Positions 45,142 through 55,631 are shown, counted from the stretch's first letter. The stretch: DNA of 64,000 bases from an uncultured bacterium (GCA_947085985.1 CAMTYL010000003.1:298108-362107), one strand, 5' to 3'. Made by a program: numbers and translations. The notes: generated by a model from the sequence alone, not told the origin.

Positions 45142-46306
45142 GACTAGCTGCGACGAAACCGCGGTTGCCATTCTTGAATGTAGTGGCGACCAGCACGGCG
45201 CTACCTTTTCAGTACGCGGAAATGCGCTTATCTCGCAGATAGATTTACACCGAGAATACGGTGGCGTGTACCCAGCACTCGCTAAGCGCGAACATGCAAA
45301 GAATTTGGTTCCCCTTCTTGCAAGTGCACTAGAAGAAGCAGAGCTTCTTCACGAAGACACGCAGGTCATTCCCCACAACATTCACGAGGAGCTCGTCACT
45401 ATTTTGTCGCGCGAGGGAGAGCTATTTGAAGCACTCCTTGCATTTCTAAGCTCCTGCGAGAAACCAGACATTGATGCTATTGCGGTGACCGCGGGCCCCG
45501 GCCTTGAACCCGCGCTATGGGTGGGAGTGAGTTTTGCAAAGGCACTTTCGCTAGCGTGGAGTCTGCCTATTGTTGCTACTAACCACATGGAGGGTCACAT
45601 TCTCTCCTCACTTTTAACTACTGAGGATGGCGTGACGTATGAACTACCTAAGCCTAAGCTTCCTCTGTTGGCGCTCCTTATTTCTGGTGGACACACTGAG
45701 CTAGTACTCATGAAGGACTGGCTTTCGTATGAGCTTATTGGCCAGACACGCGACGACGCCGTTGGCGAAGCGTTTGATAAAGTTGCTCGCATGTTAGACC
45801 TGCCATATCCAGGGGGGCCTGAAGTCTCACGACTTGCAGAACAAAACAGAGAGGACGCTAGCACAAATCCCTTCACGCTACCGCGCCCCATGCTGCACGA
45901 CCCGCACGCAGACTTTTCATTCTCTGGTCTTAAAACCGCAGTGCTCTACCTGACCAAGGGAAAGGAACTCGCTGATATACAAAAGCAACAGCTTGCGCAT
46001 GAGTTTGAGAATGCGGTGGGAGACGTGCTCTATGCAAAGACCCTTCGCGCACTAGACGAGACGCAGGCAAAGACTATTGCTATTGGTGGCGGGGTCTCCG
46101 CAAACACGCATGTTCGCCGCGTGTTTACTGAGCGGCTCGCGCAGGATTTGCCGGATGTGCTCCTACGTATTCCTTCAGTAGCACTCACGGGTGACAATGC
46201 CATCATGATAGGTGTCGCGGGCTATTTCCGTGCGCTCCGGCAAGAATTCACCGCCGCCGAAGAGCTTGTTGCAAACGGCAACCAGACCCTCTCACCCGCA
46301 GCCTAG
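45122..46306 (+). CDS. tsaD: tRNA N6-adenosine threonylcarbamoyltransferase
   Basis: 'ILAIETSCDETAVAI' Kae1/TsaD N-terminus, 'GGVSAN' block. Confidence 0.8.
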   Translation: MKILAIETSCDETAVAILECSGDQHGATFSVRGNALISQIDLHREYGGVYPALAKREHAKNLVPLLASALEEAELLHEDTQVIPHNIHEELVTILSREGELFEALLAFLSSCEKPDIDAIAVTAGPGLEPALWVGVSFAKALSLAWSLPIVATNHMEGHILSSLLTTEDGVTYELPKPKLPLLALLISGGHTELVLMKDWLSYELIGQTRDDAVGEAFDKVARMLDLPYPGGPEVSRLAEQNREDASTNPFTLPRPMLHDPHADFSFSGLKTAVLYLTKGKELADIQKQQLAHEFENAVGDVLYAKTLRALDETQAKTIAIGGGVSANTHVRRVFTERLAQDLPDVLLRIPSVALTGDNAIMIGVAGYFRALRQEFTAAEELVANGNQTLSPAA

Positions 46307-46347
46307 GAGCAAGCAAAAAAGCGCGTTTTTTGCTATATTTCCTATAT

Positions 46348-48468
46348 ATGATTGAGAAGTTCAAGAAGCCCTACGACCCCGCAGAGACCGAGGGACGCAT
46401 ATACGAGGCGTGGGAGAGGAGCGGCTACTTCAGCCCCGAAAATCTCCCCGAGGCGCTTACTTCAGAAAACGGGAAGCCCTTTACCATGGTGCTTCCTCCT
46501 CCAAACGCAAATGGCAGCCTCCATGTGGGGCACGCCCTGGGCAAGGCGCTTGCTGACGCCATGACGCGCGCAAAGCGTATGCAGGGATATAAAGCCCTCT
46601 GGATTCCTGGGGCTGACCATGCAGGATTTGAGACCCAAGTGGTATATGAGAAGAAGTTAGAGAAGGAGGGACGCTCTCGTTTCCAGATGGACCCAAAGGA
46701 TCTCTACAACGAAATCCTGGCCTTCACCCTAGAAAACAAGAGCATGATGGAGAACCAGGTACGCGCACTTGGCGCTTCCTGTGACTGGACGCGCGAGAAG
46801 TTTACGCTCGACCCCGCTATCGTGCGTGAAGTACAGCAGACATTCATAAAGATGCACGAGGACGGCCTCGTGTACCGCGGCAAGCGCACCGTGAACTGGT
46901 GCCCTAAGCATCAAACGTCCCTCTCTGACGTAGAAACGGAGAGTGTCCCTGAGCAGACACCATTTTATACGTTCAAGTACGGACCATTTGAAATTGGCAC
47001 CGTGCGTCCTGAAACTAAGTTTGGCGACAAGTACGTGGTGATGCATCCAGAGGACGCGCGGTACGCACAGTATGCACACGGTGACACCCTGGAGCTTGAA
47101 TGGATTAACGGTCCCATCACCGCGACCATCATTAAGGACGAAGCAGTAGACATGGAGTTTGGCACCGGCGCTATGACTATTACTCCGTGGCACTCACAAA
47201 TTGATTTTGAGATTGCCAAGCGCCACAACCTGGACGTAGAGCAGATTATTGATTGGCGCGGAAAGCTTCTTCCTATTGCAGGTGAGTTTGAAGGCATGAA
47301 GATTAGCGAGGCGCGCGAGAAGATTGCGCAGAAGCTTGCCGACAAAGGCCTTCTTGTTTCAACCGATACCGAATACAAGAACGTGGTGAAACGCTGCTAC
47401 AAGTGCAACACCATGATTGAGCCTCAGATAAAGGACCAGTGGTTTGTGAAAATGGCACCACTCGCAAAGATGGCGCTCGACGCTGTGGACCGCAAAGAAG
47501 TACGCTTTGTTCCCGAGCACGAGGAGAAGGTATTCCGCTACTGGATGGAGAATGCCATGGACTGGAACATCTCCCGTCAGATTGTATGGGGTATTCCCAT
47601 TCCTGCATGGACCAAGAACGGAGAGATACAGGTGGGTATAGAGTCGCCCGGAGAAGGATGGGAGGAAGACACCGACACCTTTGATACCTGGTTCTCTTCC
47701 GGACAGTGGCCTCTCCTTACTACCGGATACCCAGACGGTGCGGACTTTGCCGAGCACTACCCAACAGACGTGATGGAGACCGGGCGCGACCTCGTATTCA
47801 AGTGGATTCCGCGCATGGTTATTTTTGGACTCTATCTTGGAAAGAAAGTTCCCTTCCACACCGTGTATTTGCACGGCATGGTGAACGACGCTAACGGAAA
47901 GAAGATGAGCAAGTCAAAGGGGAACGTAATAAACCCGCTCGACCTCACCAGTAAGTACGGCACCGATGCGCTGCGCATGGCGCTTGTGGTTGGCAACACA
48001 CCAGGCATGGACCTCGCCCTTCGCGAAGACAAGGTAAAGGGATACAAACACTTTGCCAATAAGCTTTGGAATATATCTCGATTCATTCTTGAGAGCGCTA
48101 CTGACGCAGACCTTACCTGCGCTCTTACTGAGTCAGACCAGAAGCTACGCGCGCGGTTAGATGAAGTGCTTGTAGATGTTACGCGCGACATCAGTGACCA
48201 CCGCCTCTATATGGCAGCGGAGAAGCTGTACCATTACGCGTGGCATGAGCTTGCTGACGTCATCATTGAGGAATCCAAGCCACTACTTGCTGGAGAGGAC
48301 GTTGCAGTAGTTGCTTCTCGAAAGCGACTACTTGTATCCCTACTTACCGACACCGTCACGGCACTGCACCCATTCATGCCGTTTGTGACAGAGGAAATCT
48401 ACCAGTCCCTCCCAACCAAGACGACCGACTTGCTGATGGTTGCTCCGTGGCCAGTCAAAGCCAGCTAA
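46348..48468 (+). CDS. valS: valine--tRNA ligase (short form)
   Basis: 'PPPNANGSLHVGHAL' HIGH region and 'KMSKSKGN' KMSKS motif in ValS context; N-terminal 'KPYDPAETEGRIYEAWERSGYF'. Confidence 0.8.
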   Translation: MIEKFKKPYDPAETEGRIYEAWERSGYFSPENLPEALTSENGKPFTMVLPPPNANGSLHVGHALGKALADAMTRAKRMQGYKALWIPGADHAGFETQVVYEKKLEKEGRSRFQMDPKDLYNEILAFTLENKSMMENQVRALGASCDWTREKFTLDPAIVREVQQTFIKMHEDGLVYRGKRTVNWCPKHQTSLSDVETESVPEQTPFYTFKYGPFEIGTVRPETKFGDKYVVMHPEDARYAQYAHGDTLELEWINGPITATIIKDEAVDMEFGTGAMTITPWHSQIDFEIAKRHNLDVEQIIDWRGKLLPIAGEFEGMKISEAREKIAQKLADKGLLVSTDTEYKNVVKRCYKCNTMIEPQIKDQWFVKMAPLAKMALDAVDRKEVRFVPEHEEKVFRYWMENAMDWNISRQIVWGIPIPAWTKNGEIQVGIESPGEGWEEDTDTFDTWFSSGQWPLLTTGYPDGADFAEHYPTDVMETGRDLVFKWIPRMVIFGLYLGKKVPFHTVYLHGMVNDANGKKMSKSKGNVINPLDLTSKYGTDALRMALVVGNTPGMDLALREDKVKGYKHFANKLWNISRFILESATDADLTCALTESDQKLRARLDEVLVDVTRDISDHRLYMAAEKLYHYAWHELADVIIEESKPLLAGEDVAVVASRKRLLVSLLTDTVTALHPFMPFVTEEIYQSLPTKTTDLLMVAPWPVKAS

Positions 48469-48510
48469 TCACCATTTTTGCCACACTCGCGTGTGGCATA
48501 ATAGAGACAA

Positions 48511-49227
48511 ATGATCTCGTACAGTCTCGTTGGCTACGCCTTTCTGGGAGGACTGCTCCCTGCGTTTGTATGGCTATACTTTCTCCTTAAAGAAGACGAG
48601 CGTTGCCCAGAGCCGCGACCTCTCATTATTATTGCGTTTCTGTCGGGAGCGCTTGCCGTTGCCTTCGCTCTTCCTTTTGAACACCTTTCTAAAGTGCTTT
48701 TGCAGACGGACCTGGCGGTAATTATTACCTGGGCCACAATTGAGGAAGTTTTGAAGTATGCTCTCGTTTCGCTCACGGTGCTGTGGCGACGTGCAGTGGA
48801 CGAGTCGTTGGATGTGGTGATCTATATGATTACCGCAGCACTCGGTTTTGCTGCGCTAGAAAATGTGCTGTTTTTCTTCCAGGCACTTTCAACCGTTGGA
48901 CTCTGGGGTGCAGAGGGTGCTATTGCCACCGGCAACCTGCGCTTTGTGGGCTCCACACTCCTTCACATTATTGCGTCAGCTGCCATCGGGTTTGCGCTCG
49001 CGTTTGGCTTCCGTGCACGTCGTGCTGTTCGTGCCGCGTACGCTACTGCAGGACTTATCCTTGCGATTGCATTGCACGCTGCGTTTAATTTTCTTATCAT
49101 AAGTGGAGACGGATCTCATACACTCTTCGCATTCTTTATTGTATGGATTGGTGCCGTTATCTTCTTCGCTGCATTTGAAGTTCTCAAATATTTCCGTTAT
49201 AGAAACTTACCAAGAAATACCTGCTGA
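48511..49227 (+). CDS. PrsW-family intramembrane metalloprotease
   Basis: 'EEVLKYALV', 'FAALENVLFF', 'HIIASAAIGFALA' conserved blocks. Confidence 0.65.
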   Translation: MISYSLVGYAFLGGLLPAFVWLYFLLKEDERCPEPRPLIIIAFLSGALAVAFALPFEHLSKVLLQTDLAVIITWATIEEVLKYALVSLTVLWRRAVDESLDVVIYMITAALGFAALENVLFFFQALSTVGLWGAEGAIATGNLRFVGSTLLHIIASAAIGFALAFGFRARRAVRAAYATAGLILAIALHAAFNFLIISGDGSHTLFAFFIVWIGAVIFFAAFEVLKYFRYRNLPRNTC

Positions 49228-49229
49228 TT

Positions 49230-49745
49230 ATGAAAAAACGATCCTTTTTTGAACGCCTCTCCGCATCGTCTACGCACGATGATTTTGATGCGTTTGACGA
49301 CGACTTCCCGATTCAACACCCGGGCATGCCGGCGCCTCAGACCCCAACGCGCTCTATTCCTATAACAAGCGCGCCAGCAACACCAGCCCCTCTCCAGCAA
49401 GAAGAAGAGGCACCTGAGGGTCAGCTTCCGGTGGACGTGTTCCAGACACCAAATGACATCATCATCAGGACGTTCATTGCAGGGGTGCGTCCGGACGAGA
49501 TGAATGTTTCAATCAGTCGCGACATGGTGGTTATTGAAGGGTCACGTGAAGAGCGCGAGACTATCTCAGAGAGCGACTACTTTGCTCGCGAGCTTTTCTG
49601 GGGCCGCTTTGCAAAGACTATCCTCCTTCCTCAGGAAATTGATGTTGACGCCTGTACCGCAACTGCTAAGGACGGACTGTTGACGCTTACTATGCCGAAG
49701 CTTGATAAGGCTAGGCAGACTAAACTCAAAGTCAAAGCCGGTTAG
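49230..49745 (+). CDS. Hsp20/alpha-crystallin small heat-shock protein
   Basis: ACD domain with C-terminal 'GLLTLTMPK'. Confidence 0.75.
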   Translation: MKKRSFFERLSASSTHDDFDAFDDDFPIQHPGMPAPQTPTRSIPITSAPATPAPLQQEEEAPEGQLPVDVFQTPNDIIIRTFIAGVRPDEMNVSISRDMVVIEGSREERETISESDYFARELFWGRFAKTILLPQEIDVDACTATAKDGLLTLTMPKLDKARQTKLKVKAG

Positions 49746-49748
49746 GGG

Positions 49749-50840
49749 CTAGTGAGTCACTTCGTATAGCCAGGGAGGAGTGGTAGTTACTACAAGCGTA
49801 AAGGCAATCCTCCCAATCACTTGACCGCCCTTTGTTTCAACCGAGACACGCCACTTTCCTGCCTCTGTGGGCGTGTATGCGGAATAACCCCTGTACCCGC
49901 CAGGACGACCACCAGAAATGGGGAACTCAATCCGCGATTTGGTCACCCAGGACGAAGCATTTTGGTCATACCACTCCCATCGATGAATGACGGTGGTGCC
50001 GAACTTAACCGGTGCAGCTACTGAACTAAACGCGTAGAGCTGTGTGCTGCCGTTAGTATGCACCCTGCGAGGCGAAAGGAGCTCGTACCACGAGCGCTTC
50101 GGCTCACTCATAACCACGTAGCGGCCTTCTGTGCGTACAAGTGAGTGGTAGATGCCAGACTCAGGCATAGTAAGCGGAATAGGCGGCAGAGCCCCAGTAA
50201 AATACGCCACATTCACCAGTAAGAGTGTGCCGAGGGCCCCTGGCAACAGGAAACGCAAACTGCGCATAAGCTCCAGCTTATTAATACGACGCAGTACATA
50301 CAGAAACAGACTAAACGCAAGAAGGCTTGCGATGGTGCTCATCAGGAACACGTCTGGCCCAAGCCGACCAAGGAGCAACGGAAGAGCGAAAATGAAGTAG
50401 CCGTAGAGTGCAAAGAACAGAAGTCCCAGTTGGAACGCCAAGTACTTATACTGTAATCGGAAGTATTCGTTGCCGATAAATGCCGCAGCGAGAAGCAGTA
50501 GAAATGGCCATGACGCAGAAAGCTCGGCACTCTTTGTGTAGAAAATCATAAACCCTGAGAGCATTCCTCCAATAGCATACTGCGCGGCTAGTGGAGCAAT
50601 GATAGACAGTGCGCGCACTCCTGAATTGACATACACACGGGCGCGCGGCAATAGACTACTTGTAAACACCGCTACTGTTGCAAGCGCCAGGTATCCAGCG
50701 AATACGAGGCTTGCGTATGCTACCGAAAGTACGGTAAAGGTGAACAAGTCAGTGAGGAATCCAAAGACAAACGCAGTCGCGCCTAAGTGCCGTTCGTTCC
50801 GTGCAGCCCAGGCAAATACCCTAGATATAGCTGCCTTCAT
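49749..50840 (-). CDS. hypothetical polytopic membrane protein with C-terminal soluble domain
   Basis: Start at internal ATG to avoid overlap with tRNA-Phe. Confidence 0.4.
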   Translation of the reverse strand: MKAAISRVFAWAARNERHLGATAFVFGFLTDLFTFTVLSVAYASLVFAGYLALATVAVFTSSLLPRARVYVNSGVRALSIIAPLAAQYAIGGMLSGFMIFYTKSAELSASWPFLLLLAAAFIGNEYFRLQYKYLAFQLGLLFFALYGYFIFALPLLLGRLGPDVFLMSTIASLLAFSLFLYVLRRINKLELMRSLRFLLPGALGTLLLVNVAYFTGALPPIPLTMPESGIYHSLVRTEGRYVVMSEPKRSWYELLSPRRVHTNGSTQLYAFSSVAAPVKFGTTVIHRWEWYDQNASSWVTKSRIEFPISGGRPGGYRGYSAYTPTEAGKWRVSVETKGGQVIGRIAFTLVVTTTPPWLYEVTH

Positions 50841-50842
50841 GG

Positions 50843-50915
50843 TGCTTGGGGGCGGGTTCGAACCGCCGACCCTTCCCTCTTCAGGGGAATGCTCTACCAA
50901 CTGAGCTACCCAAGC
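50843..50915 (-). tRNA. tRNA-Phe (anticodon GAA), CCA apparently encoded
   Basis: GCTTGGGTAGCTCAGTTGGTAGAGC...CTGAAGA...GGTTCGAACCC...CCCAAGCACCA. Confidence 0.85.
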
Positions 50916-50963
50916 GTTGAGGGCATCATACCACAGGCTTTTGTGGTTTTCACGCCCTAAAAT

Positions 50964-51365
50964 CTATTGCACAGGATGTTTCGTGGAGAATTCGTCTATG
51001 GCCCTGTAAAAGTCCTCGGATGTGGGCAGACCGATTAGGCCAGGGTTTTCAGCCACCTTTTCCTTCACGTATGCAATAAGAGGCTGGAAGAATATGACCG
51101 GAAGCCCGAGAATGAGCGCCCAGAACAGAATCTTAAGCCAGAACATGATTCTATCCATGGTCTGCATGTGGTGCAGCATACGGTTATTCTCCTGCTCAAG
51201 TGCGAGCGTTTGCTCAACCATTTTGGTGAGACTGCCTGTCGCTGACACTGCCGAGCCCCCTGGCACGCCTGGCGCTCCAGGAATGCTTCCAAGCGGTGGT
51301 GGAGGCATGGCGTCAGACGCCATATCAGCCACAATAAGTGGCTCTTTCTTCTTAAAGAAGTCCAT
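50964..51365 (-). CDS. hypothetical membrane protein (133 aa)
   Basis: Pro/Gly-rich N-terminus, TM 'FWLKILFWALILGLPVIFF'. Confidence 0.4.
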   Translation of the reverse strand: MDFFKKKEPLIVADMASDAMPPPPLGSIPGAPGVPGGSAVSATGSLTKMVEQTLALEQENNRMLHHMQTMDRIMFWLKILFWALILGLPVIFFQPLIAYVKEKVAENPGLIGLPTSEDFYRAIDEFSTKHPVQ

Positions 51366-51385
51366 GTAAAAAGTATACCTTATTC

Positions 51386-51457
51386 TGTGCTCTCGCCAGG
51401 AGTCGGACCTGGATTTAAGGTTTAGGAAACCTCCGTTCTATCCATTGAACTACGAGA
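51386..51457 (-). tRNA. tRNA-Arg (anticodon CCT)
   Basis: Acceptor GCTCTCG/CGAGAGC, anticodon loop TTCCTAA, atypical T-loop TCCGACT. Confidence 0.7.
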
Positions 51458-51462
51458 GCTGC

Positions 51463-52116
51463 TTATTTGGATAGTACTCTTTTACGGGCATCTTTTCCAA
51501 CCCAAGCTATTGCCGTCTGAACGTGCAAGCGTTCCCGTATCCCAGAACGCACTCTCACCCTGCACATTCCATATGGGAGCTTTCCCTGCTTCCTTCCACG
51601 AATAACCTCCACAAAGACTATCGACTCTTGTGGAAGACTGGTGGTCTCAGACCAGTACTTACGAGCCTCCTGAATCGATACTCCTTCGTGAACCCTAAGA
51701 GACAGAGATAGTCGTGACTTAGTAATGCCTACAGCGTATAAGGAACTAATGAAAGCCTGAATCAGTAGCGGATCAGAATTGATAAGCCCAAAATCCTTCT
51801 TTGTACCTTCGCCCCAATACATTCCAATGAGCAGCATTCTTCTGTCCCTCTCGCTTAGTGCGCCTATTTCGCTCTCTACCTCCCTTGCAACATTCTTTCG
51901 CACTGCTATTGCGCGATCCTTTGCACCCCCTTGCTTTTCCCTAAGTCGCTGACGATACTCCACGGGCACCTCCACAGTTTGTACATACCGCTGCACAGTT
52001 GTCTTTGAAACGCCCACCAGTAGCGATATCTCTGGAATACTCTTACCCTTCATTCTTGCTCCTTGAATTTGCTTCTGCTGCGCCAAGGGTATTCTGTGCA
52101 TGTGGATATTATACAC
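51463..52116 (-). CDS. HTH-domain protein with LAGLIDADG-like block, paralog of 41057..41779
   Basis: HTH 'SIPEISLLVGVSKTTVQRYV'; 'MYWGEGTK', 'KYWSETTSLP', 'LPYGMCRVRV'; promoter TGTATAAT upstream. Confidence 0.4.
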   Translation of the reverse strand: MYNIHMHRIPLAQQKQIQGARMKGKSIPEISLLVGVSKTTVQRYVQTVEVPVEYRQRLREKQGGAKDRAIAVRKNVAREVESEIGALSERDRRMLLIGMYWGEGTKKDFGLINSDPLLIQAFISSLYAVGITKSRLSLSLRVHEGVSIQEARKYWSETTSLPQESIVFVEVIRGRKQGKLPYGMCRVRVRSGIRERLHVQTAIAWVGKDARKRVLSK

Positions 52117-52203
52117 GACTCACAGTAACGAAACGTTCTAACCAATAGAATACATGCATAAAACCCGCCAGTCGTTGACTGGCGGGTTTTATAAGATAGC
52201 AGA

Positions 52204-52458
52204 CTAGGCAGCTGCAGCTTCTCCAAGACCGAGAAGGCTCTCAAAGCGCTTCTTATCAAATCCAATGATCATTTCCTCACCGATAAATACGACAGGCACG
52301 CCCATCTGACCGCTCTTTTCAATCATCTCCTGGCGCTTCTCAAGGTCAGAAGCAACGTTGTACTCAGTGTACGCAACGTTGTTCTGAGCAAAGAACTCCT
52401 TACTCATCTGACAAAAATGACACGTTGGGGTGCTGTAAATAGTGACTGTTTTTTCCAT
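52204..52458 (-). CDS. glutaredoxin/NrdH-like thiol-disulfide oxidoreductase
   Basis: 'TIYSTPTCHFCQ' CxxC at start of thioredoxin fold; bidirectional terminator 52160-52190. Confidence 0.7.
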   Translation of the reverse strand: MEKTVTIYSTPTCHFCQMSKEFFAQNNVAYTEYNVASDLEKRQEMIEKSGQMGVPVVFIGEEMIIGFDKKRFESLLGLGEAAAA

Positions 52459-52519
52459 ATGCGGGCAGTATACCACGCATGATTTTTGCAAAAGGGGGAC
52501 AAGGCTATACTTAAGCCAC

Positions 52520-53335
52520 ATGTCGCAAGAGCTTAGGTATAGCATCGGTAAGGAGCAGCTTCCCAAAGCTCTGCGGTCGGTTGTAGTTCCGTTTGAACAG
52601 GACGAGGCACTTACATCCTTCTTAGCTGATTGTCAGGAACGCCCACATACCGCCCTGGATATGACTCGCCTCTTTTGCCTCTCATTGTGTACAGACCCCT
52701 ATAACGCTCACGCGGTGCTCGGGCTGTATCCCATGCACCTCTTGAGTGCGCAGCAATGGGAGACCCTTGTACCAAAGCATCTTCACGGAGGCCGCCTTCT
52801 TGATATAGGCGCTGGTCAGGGATTCGTGACCGAACACGCTCGAGCGCTCTTTTCAGAAATTGTTGCTGTGGAAACTGCGCCCGCCATGGTGCGCCGACTG
52901 AAAGCACGAGGATTTAGTGCGCACTGTGCGGATATCACCGTACAGAGCGACCTTCTTCCGCGGGAATCATTTGATGTGGTATCCGTCTTGAACGTGCTTG
53001 ATAGGTGCGTACGACCACGCACACTGCTTAACCACGCATGCCAGTTCCTCTCTCCTGGCGGAGTGCTCATCATTTCGGACCCCCTGCCACTTGAGCAACG
53101 AGTACGCGGCAATACCCGCGTACCAAAAGAGCAACTGGGCGCGCACTCTGGAACATGGGAGGAATGTCTTTCTGAATTCTATACAAATGTATTAGTTCCT
53201 GAATCACTTACTCCAGTGGCCGTGACGCGCACTCCCTATGTATACAAATCAACAGGCAAGCCAGGGTTTGAAGCGCTTGATGACTTCGTAATCGTCTGTA
53301 AAAAGGACACTGCTACCAAAATCCAGCCCAGTTAA
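52520..53335 (+). CDS. class I SAM-dependent methyltransferase
   Basis: 'LLDIGAGQGFVT' motif I. Confidence 0.6.
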   Translation: MSQELRYSIGKEQLPKALRSVVVPFEQDEALTSFLADCQERPHTALDMTRLFCLSLCTDPYNAHAVLGLYPMHLLSAQQWETLVPKHLHGGRLLDIGAGQGFVTEHARALFSEIVAVETAPAMVRRLKARGFSAHCADITVQSDLLPRESFDVVSVLNVLDRCVRPRTLLNHACQFLSPGGVLIISDPLPLEQRVRGNTRVPKEQLGAHSGTWEECLSEFYTNVLVPESLTPVAVTRTPYVYKSTGKPGFEALDDFVIVCKKDTATKIQPS

Positions 53336-53672
53336 AGGCACGTTTCCACCACGGCACATGCGGAGTAGTCGTTGCTTCCTTTGGAGGCACGACAATGATC
53401 ACCTCTTCGCCCGGCTTCGCAACACCATAGGTCTGACGCAATGTTGCCTCCTTTCCTCGCTCGGTGGCAAGTTCAGCAATGTTTCCCTCTAGCACTCCTT
53501 TACGCTCTTCAAGTATTGCGAGTTCTGCGCGGGTGTCCTCTACCGCCTTCCGAGCTCGCTCCTCCTTGCGTGCAATGCCCCAAATGAGCCACAGCAGCCA
53601 CAAAATGGCCACCACAAGGAGGGCAGTTATGAGGTACTCTCCGATGCGTTTCTTGCTTGGACGGCGGGGCAT
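53313..53672 (-). CDS. septum formation initiator-like (FtsB/DivIC family) protein
   Basis: N-terminal TM then coiled-coil 'AELAILEERKGVLEGNIAEL'. Confidence 0.5.
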   Translation of the reverse strand: MPRRPSKKRIGEYLITALLVVAILWLLWLIWGIARKEERARKAVEDTRAELAILEERKGVLEGNIAELATERGKEATLRQTYGVAKPGEEVIIVVPPKEATTTPHVPWWKRAFNWAGFW

Positions 53673-53843
53673 TTCCCTATTCTACCCCACAGGTATCTCT
53701 ACGCTCACGCAAATAATATAAGGACCTTCAGAAAGTGCTGCGAACCAAGGTGCGGGAAGCGGATTTCTGTAGGCGTACTAGCAGTACGGTGAAAGAAATC
53801 GGCGGGACCCGCAACGCAGGAGCGTAGTAGTTTCTGGAGGTTC

Positions 53844-55631
53844 TTACCGCTCGCTATCCTGGACCATTTTCATGAATACTTCCTGCGGAATATCCATCTT
53901 CGCATGTGCCCCACGCCTCTTCTTTCCCTTCTTCTGCTTTTCCAAAAGCTTCATCTTTCGGGTGATGTCTCCTCCGTACAGGTACCCCGTCACGTCTTTG
54001 CGGAGTGCCGAGAGGCTGCGCGAAGCCAAAATACGACCGAGCGCATGCGCCTGAATCTTTAGTACAAACATCTGGCGTGGCAAAATGTCGTGCAGTTTTT
54101 CAACCATGCGCTCTCCTTCTTCCTCAACTCTGCGGCGCGACACCACACGAGCAAAAGCGGGCACCGGCTCCTCAGCCACATAAATCTCAAGCTTAACCAC
54201 GTCAGCTGGACGCATGTCCAAAAATTCGTACGAGAGTGACGCGTAGCCAGAGGACACATTCTTCACCCGATCAAAGAATCCCCGCATAAGCTCACGCAGG
54301 GGCATCTCCGTTGCAAGCTCAATACGGCCGTCCAGGTGTGTCTGAGTGTCCATCACCGCGCCTTCATGGTCATGGAAGAGTTGCAACATGCCCGAGAGAC
54401 TATCTGGCGGAGTGATAAGTATCACCTTCACCCACGGCTCTGAAATCGCTGCAATATCGCCAAAAGCAGGGAACTTAGAGGCTGTGTAAATAGTCTCGGT
54501 CGATCCCTTCTTGTCGGTCACTTCGTAGGCAATAGTTGGAATGGTCACAATGAGTTCCAAATCGAACTCACGCTTCAAGCGCTCAGTCACAATCTCTAGG
54601 TGAAGCATGCCGAGGAAGCCGCAGCGGAATCCGCGCCCAAGTACTCCAGAGGACTCCTCCTCAAAGGAAAGTGACGAGTCAGAAAGACGCAGACGTTCCA
54701 GCGCCTGACGCAGCTCGGTGAGCGTGTCCTGATTCTCTGGATACACTGACGCCCATACCACCGGACGTGGGAGCTCAAAACCAGACAACGCCTCTGCCCC
54801 CCTGCGGTCAGAAAGCACCGTGTCACCCACCGCAACCACACCCGCCTCCTTTACGCCGGTGACGATGTATCCAATCTCTCCTGCAGAAAGCGTATCAGTG
54901 ACTACTTCGTCTGGCATAAAGATACCGGTTTCAAGCACGGTGAACTTCTGGTCTGCAGCAGCAAATCGCAATACATCTCCCTTTTTGAAACTGCCATCAA
55001 AGATACGCGCAAACACGGTAATACCGCGATGAGTGGAGTAAGAGAAATCAAAAATGAGTGCGCGCGCGTCTTGCCCGCTGCTTTCGCGCGGCGCTGGTAC
55101 ACGCTCTACAATCGCTTGAAGCAACACCTCAACACCTTCGCCCGTCTTCCCAGAGACCGCCAGAATGGTCTCTGGTTCGATATTCAAAAGCTCAGCAAGC
55201 TCAAGCGAAACTTCTTCAACGCGTGAAGCAGGGGAGTCAATCTTAGAGAGCACCGGAATGATGACACACCCCGCTTTCCTGGCCATACCAAGCGTGGTTA
55301 GCGTTTGGGCTTGAATTCCCTGCGTAGAATCAACAAGGAGAATAACTCCCTCAACCGCAGAAAGTGCGCGGGATACTTCGTATGCAAAATCAATGTGCCC
55401 TGGTGTATCAATCAAATTTAGGATGTATGCCTTCCCATCTGCTGCCGTAAACTTCATGCGCGCCGGCTGCATCTTAATAGTGATACCTCGCTCACGCTCA
55501 AGGTCCATCTTGTCTAAAACTTGGTCGCGCATCTTCCGAGCCTCAATAGTACCGGTGCGCTCCAAAAGCCGGTCAGCCAGTGTGGACTTACCGTGATCAA
55601 TATGAGCGATGATGCTGAAATTTCGTATATC
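53844..55631 (-). CDS. lepA: elongation factor 4
   Basis: 'RNFSIIAHIDHGKSTLADRL' G1, LepA C-terminal domain. Confidence 0.9.
   Translation of the reverse strand, partial: DIRNFSIIAHIDHGKSTLADRLLERTGTIEARKMRDQVLDKMDLERERGITIKMQPARMKFTAADGKAYILNLIDTPGHIDFAYEVSRALSAVEGVILLVDSTQGIQAQTLTTLGMARKAGCVIIPVLSKIDSPASRVEEVSLELAELLNIEPETILAVSGKTGEGVEVLLQAIVERVPAPRESSGQDARALIFDFSYSTHRGITVFARIFDGSFKKGDVLRFAAADQKFTVLETGIFMPDEVVTDTLSAGEIGYIVTGVKEAGVVAVGDTVLSDRRGAEALSGFELPRPVVWASVYPENQDTLTELRQALERLRLSDSSLSFEEESSGVLGRGFRCGFLGMLHLEIVTERLKREFDLELIVTIPTIAYEVTDKKGSTETIYTASKFPAFGDIAAISEPWVKVILITPPDSLSGMLQLFHDHEGAVMDTQTHLDGRIELATEMPLRELMRGFFDRVKNVSSGYASLSYEFLDMRPADVVKLEIYVAEEPVPAFARVVSRRRVEEEGERMVEKLHDILPRQMFVLKIQAHALGRILASRSLSALRKDVTGYLYGGDITRKMKLLEKQKKGKKRRGAHAKMDIPQEVFMKMVQDSER

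Noticed and set aside
51386-51457. Possible amber-suppressor tRNA (anticodon CTA)
   Set aside because: An initial mis-registration of the anticodon loop suggested CUA. Refolding with a 5-bp anticodon stem (GAGGT/ACCTT) gives loop TTCCTAA and anticodon CCT, an ordinary tRNA-Arg.
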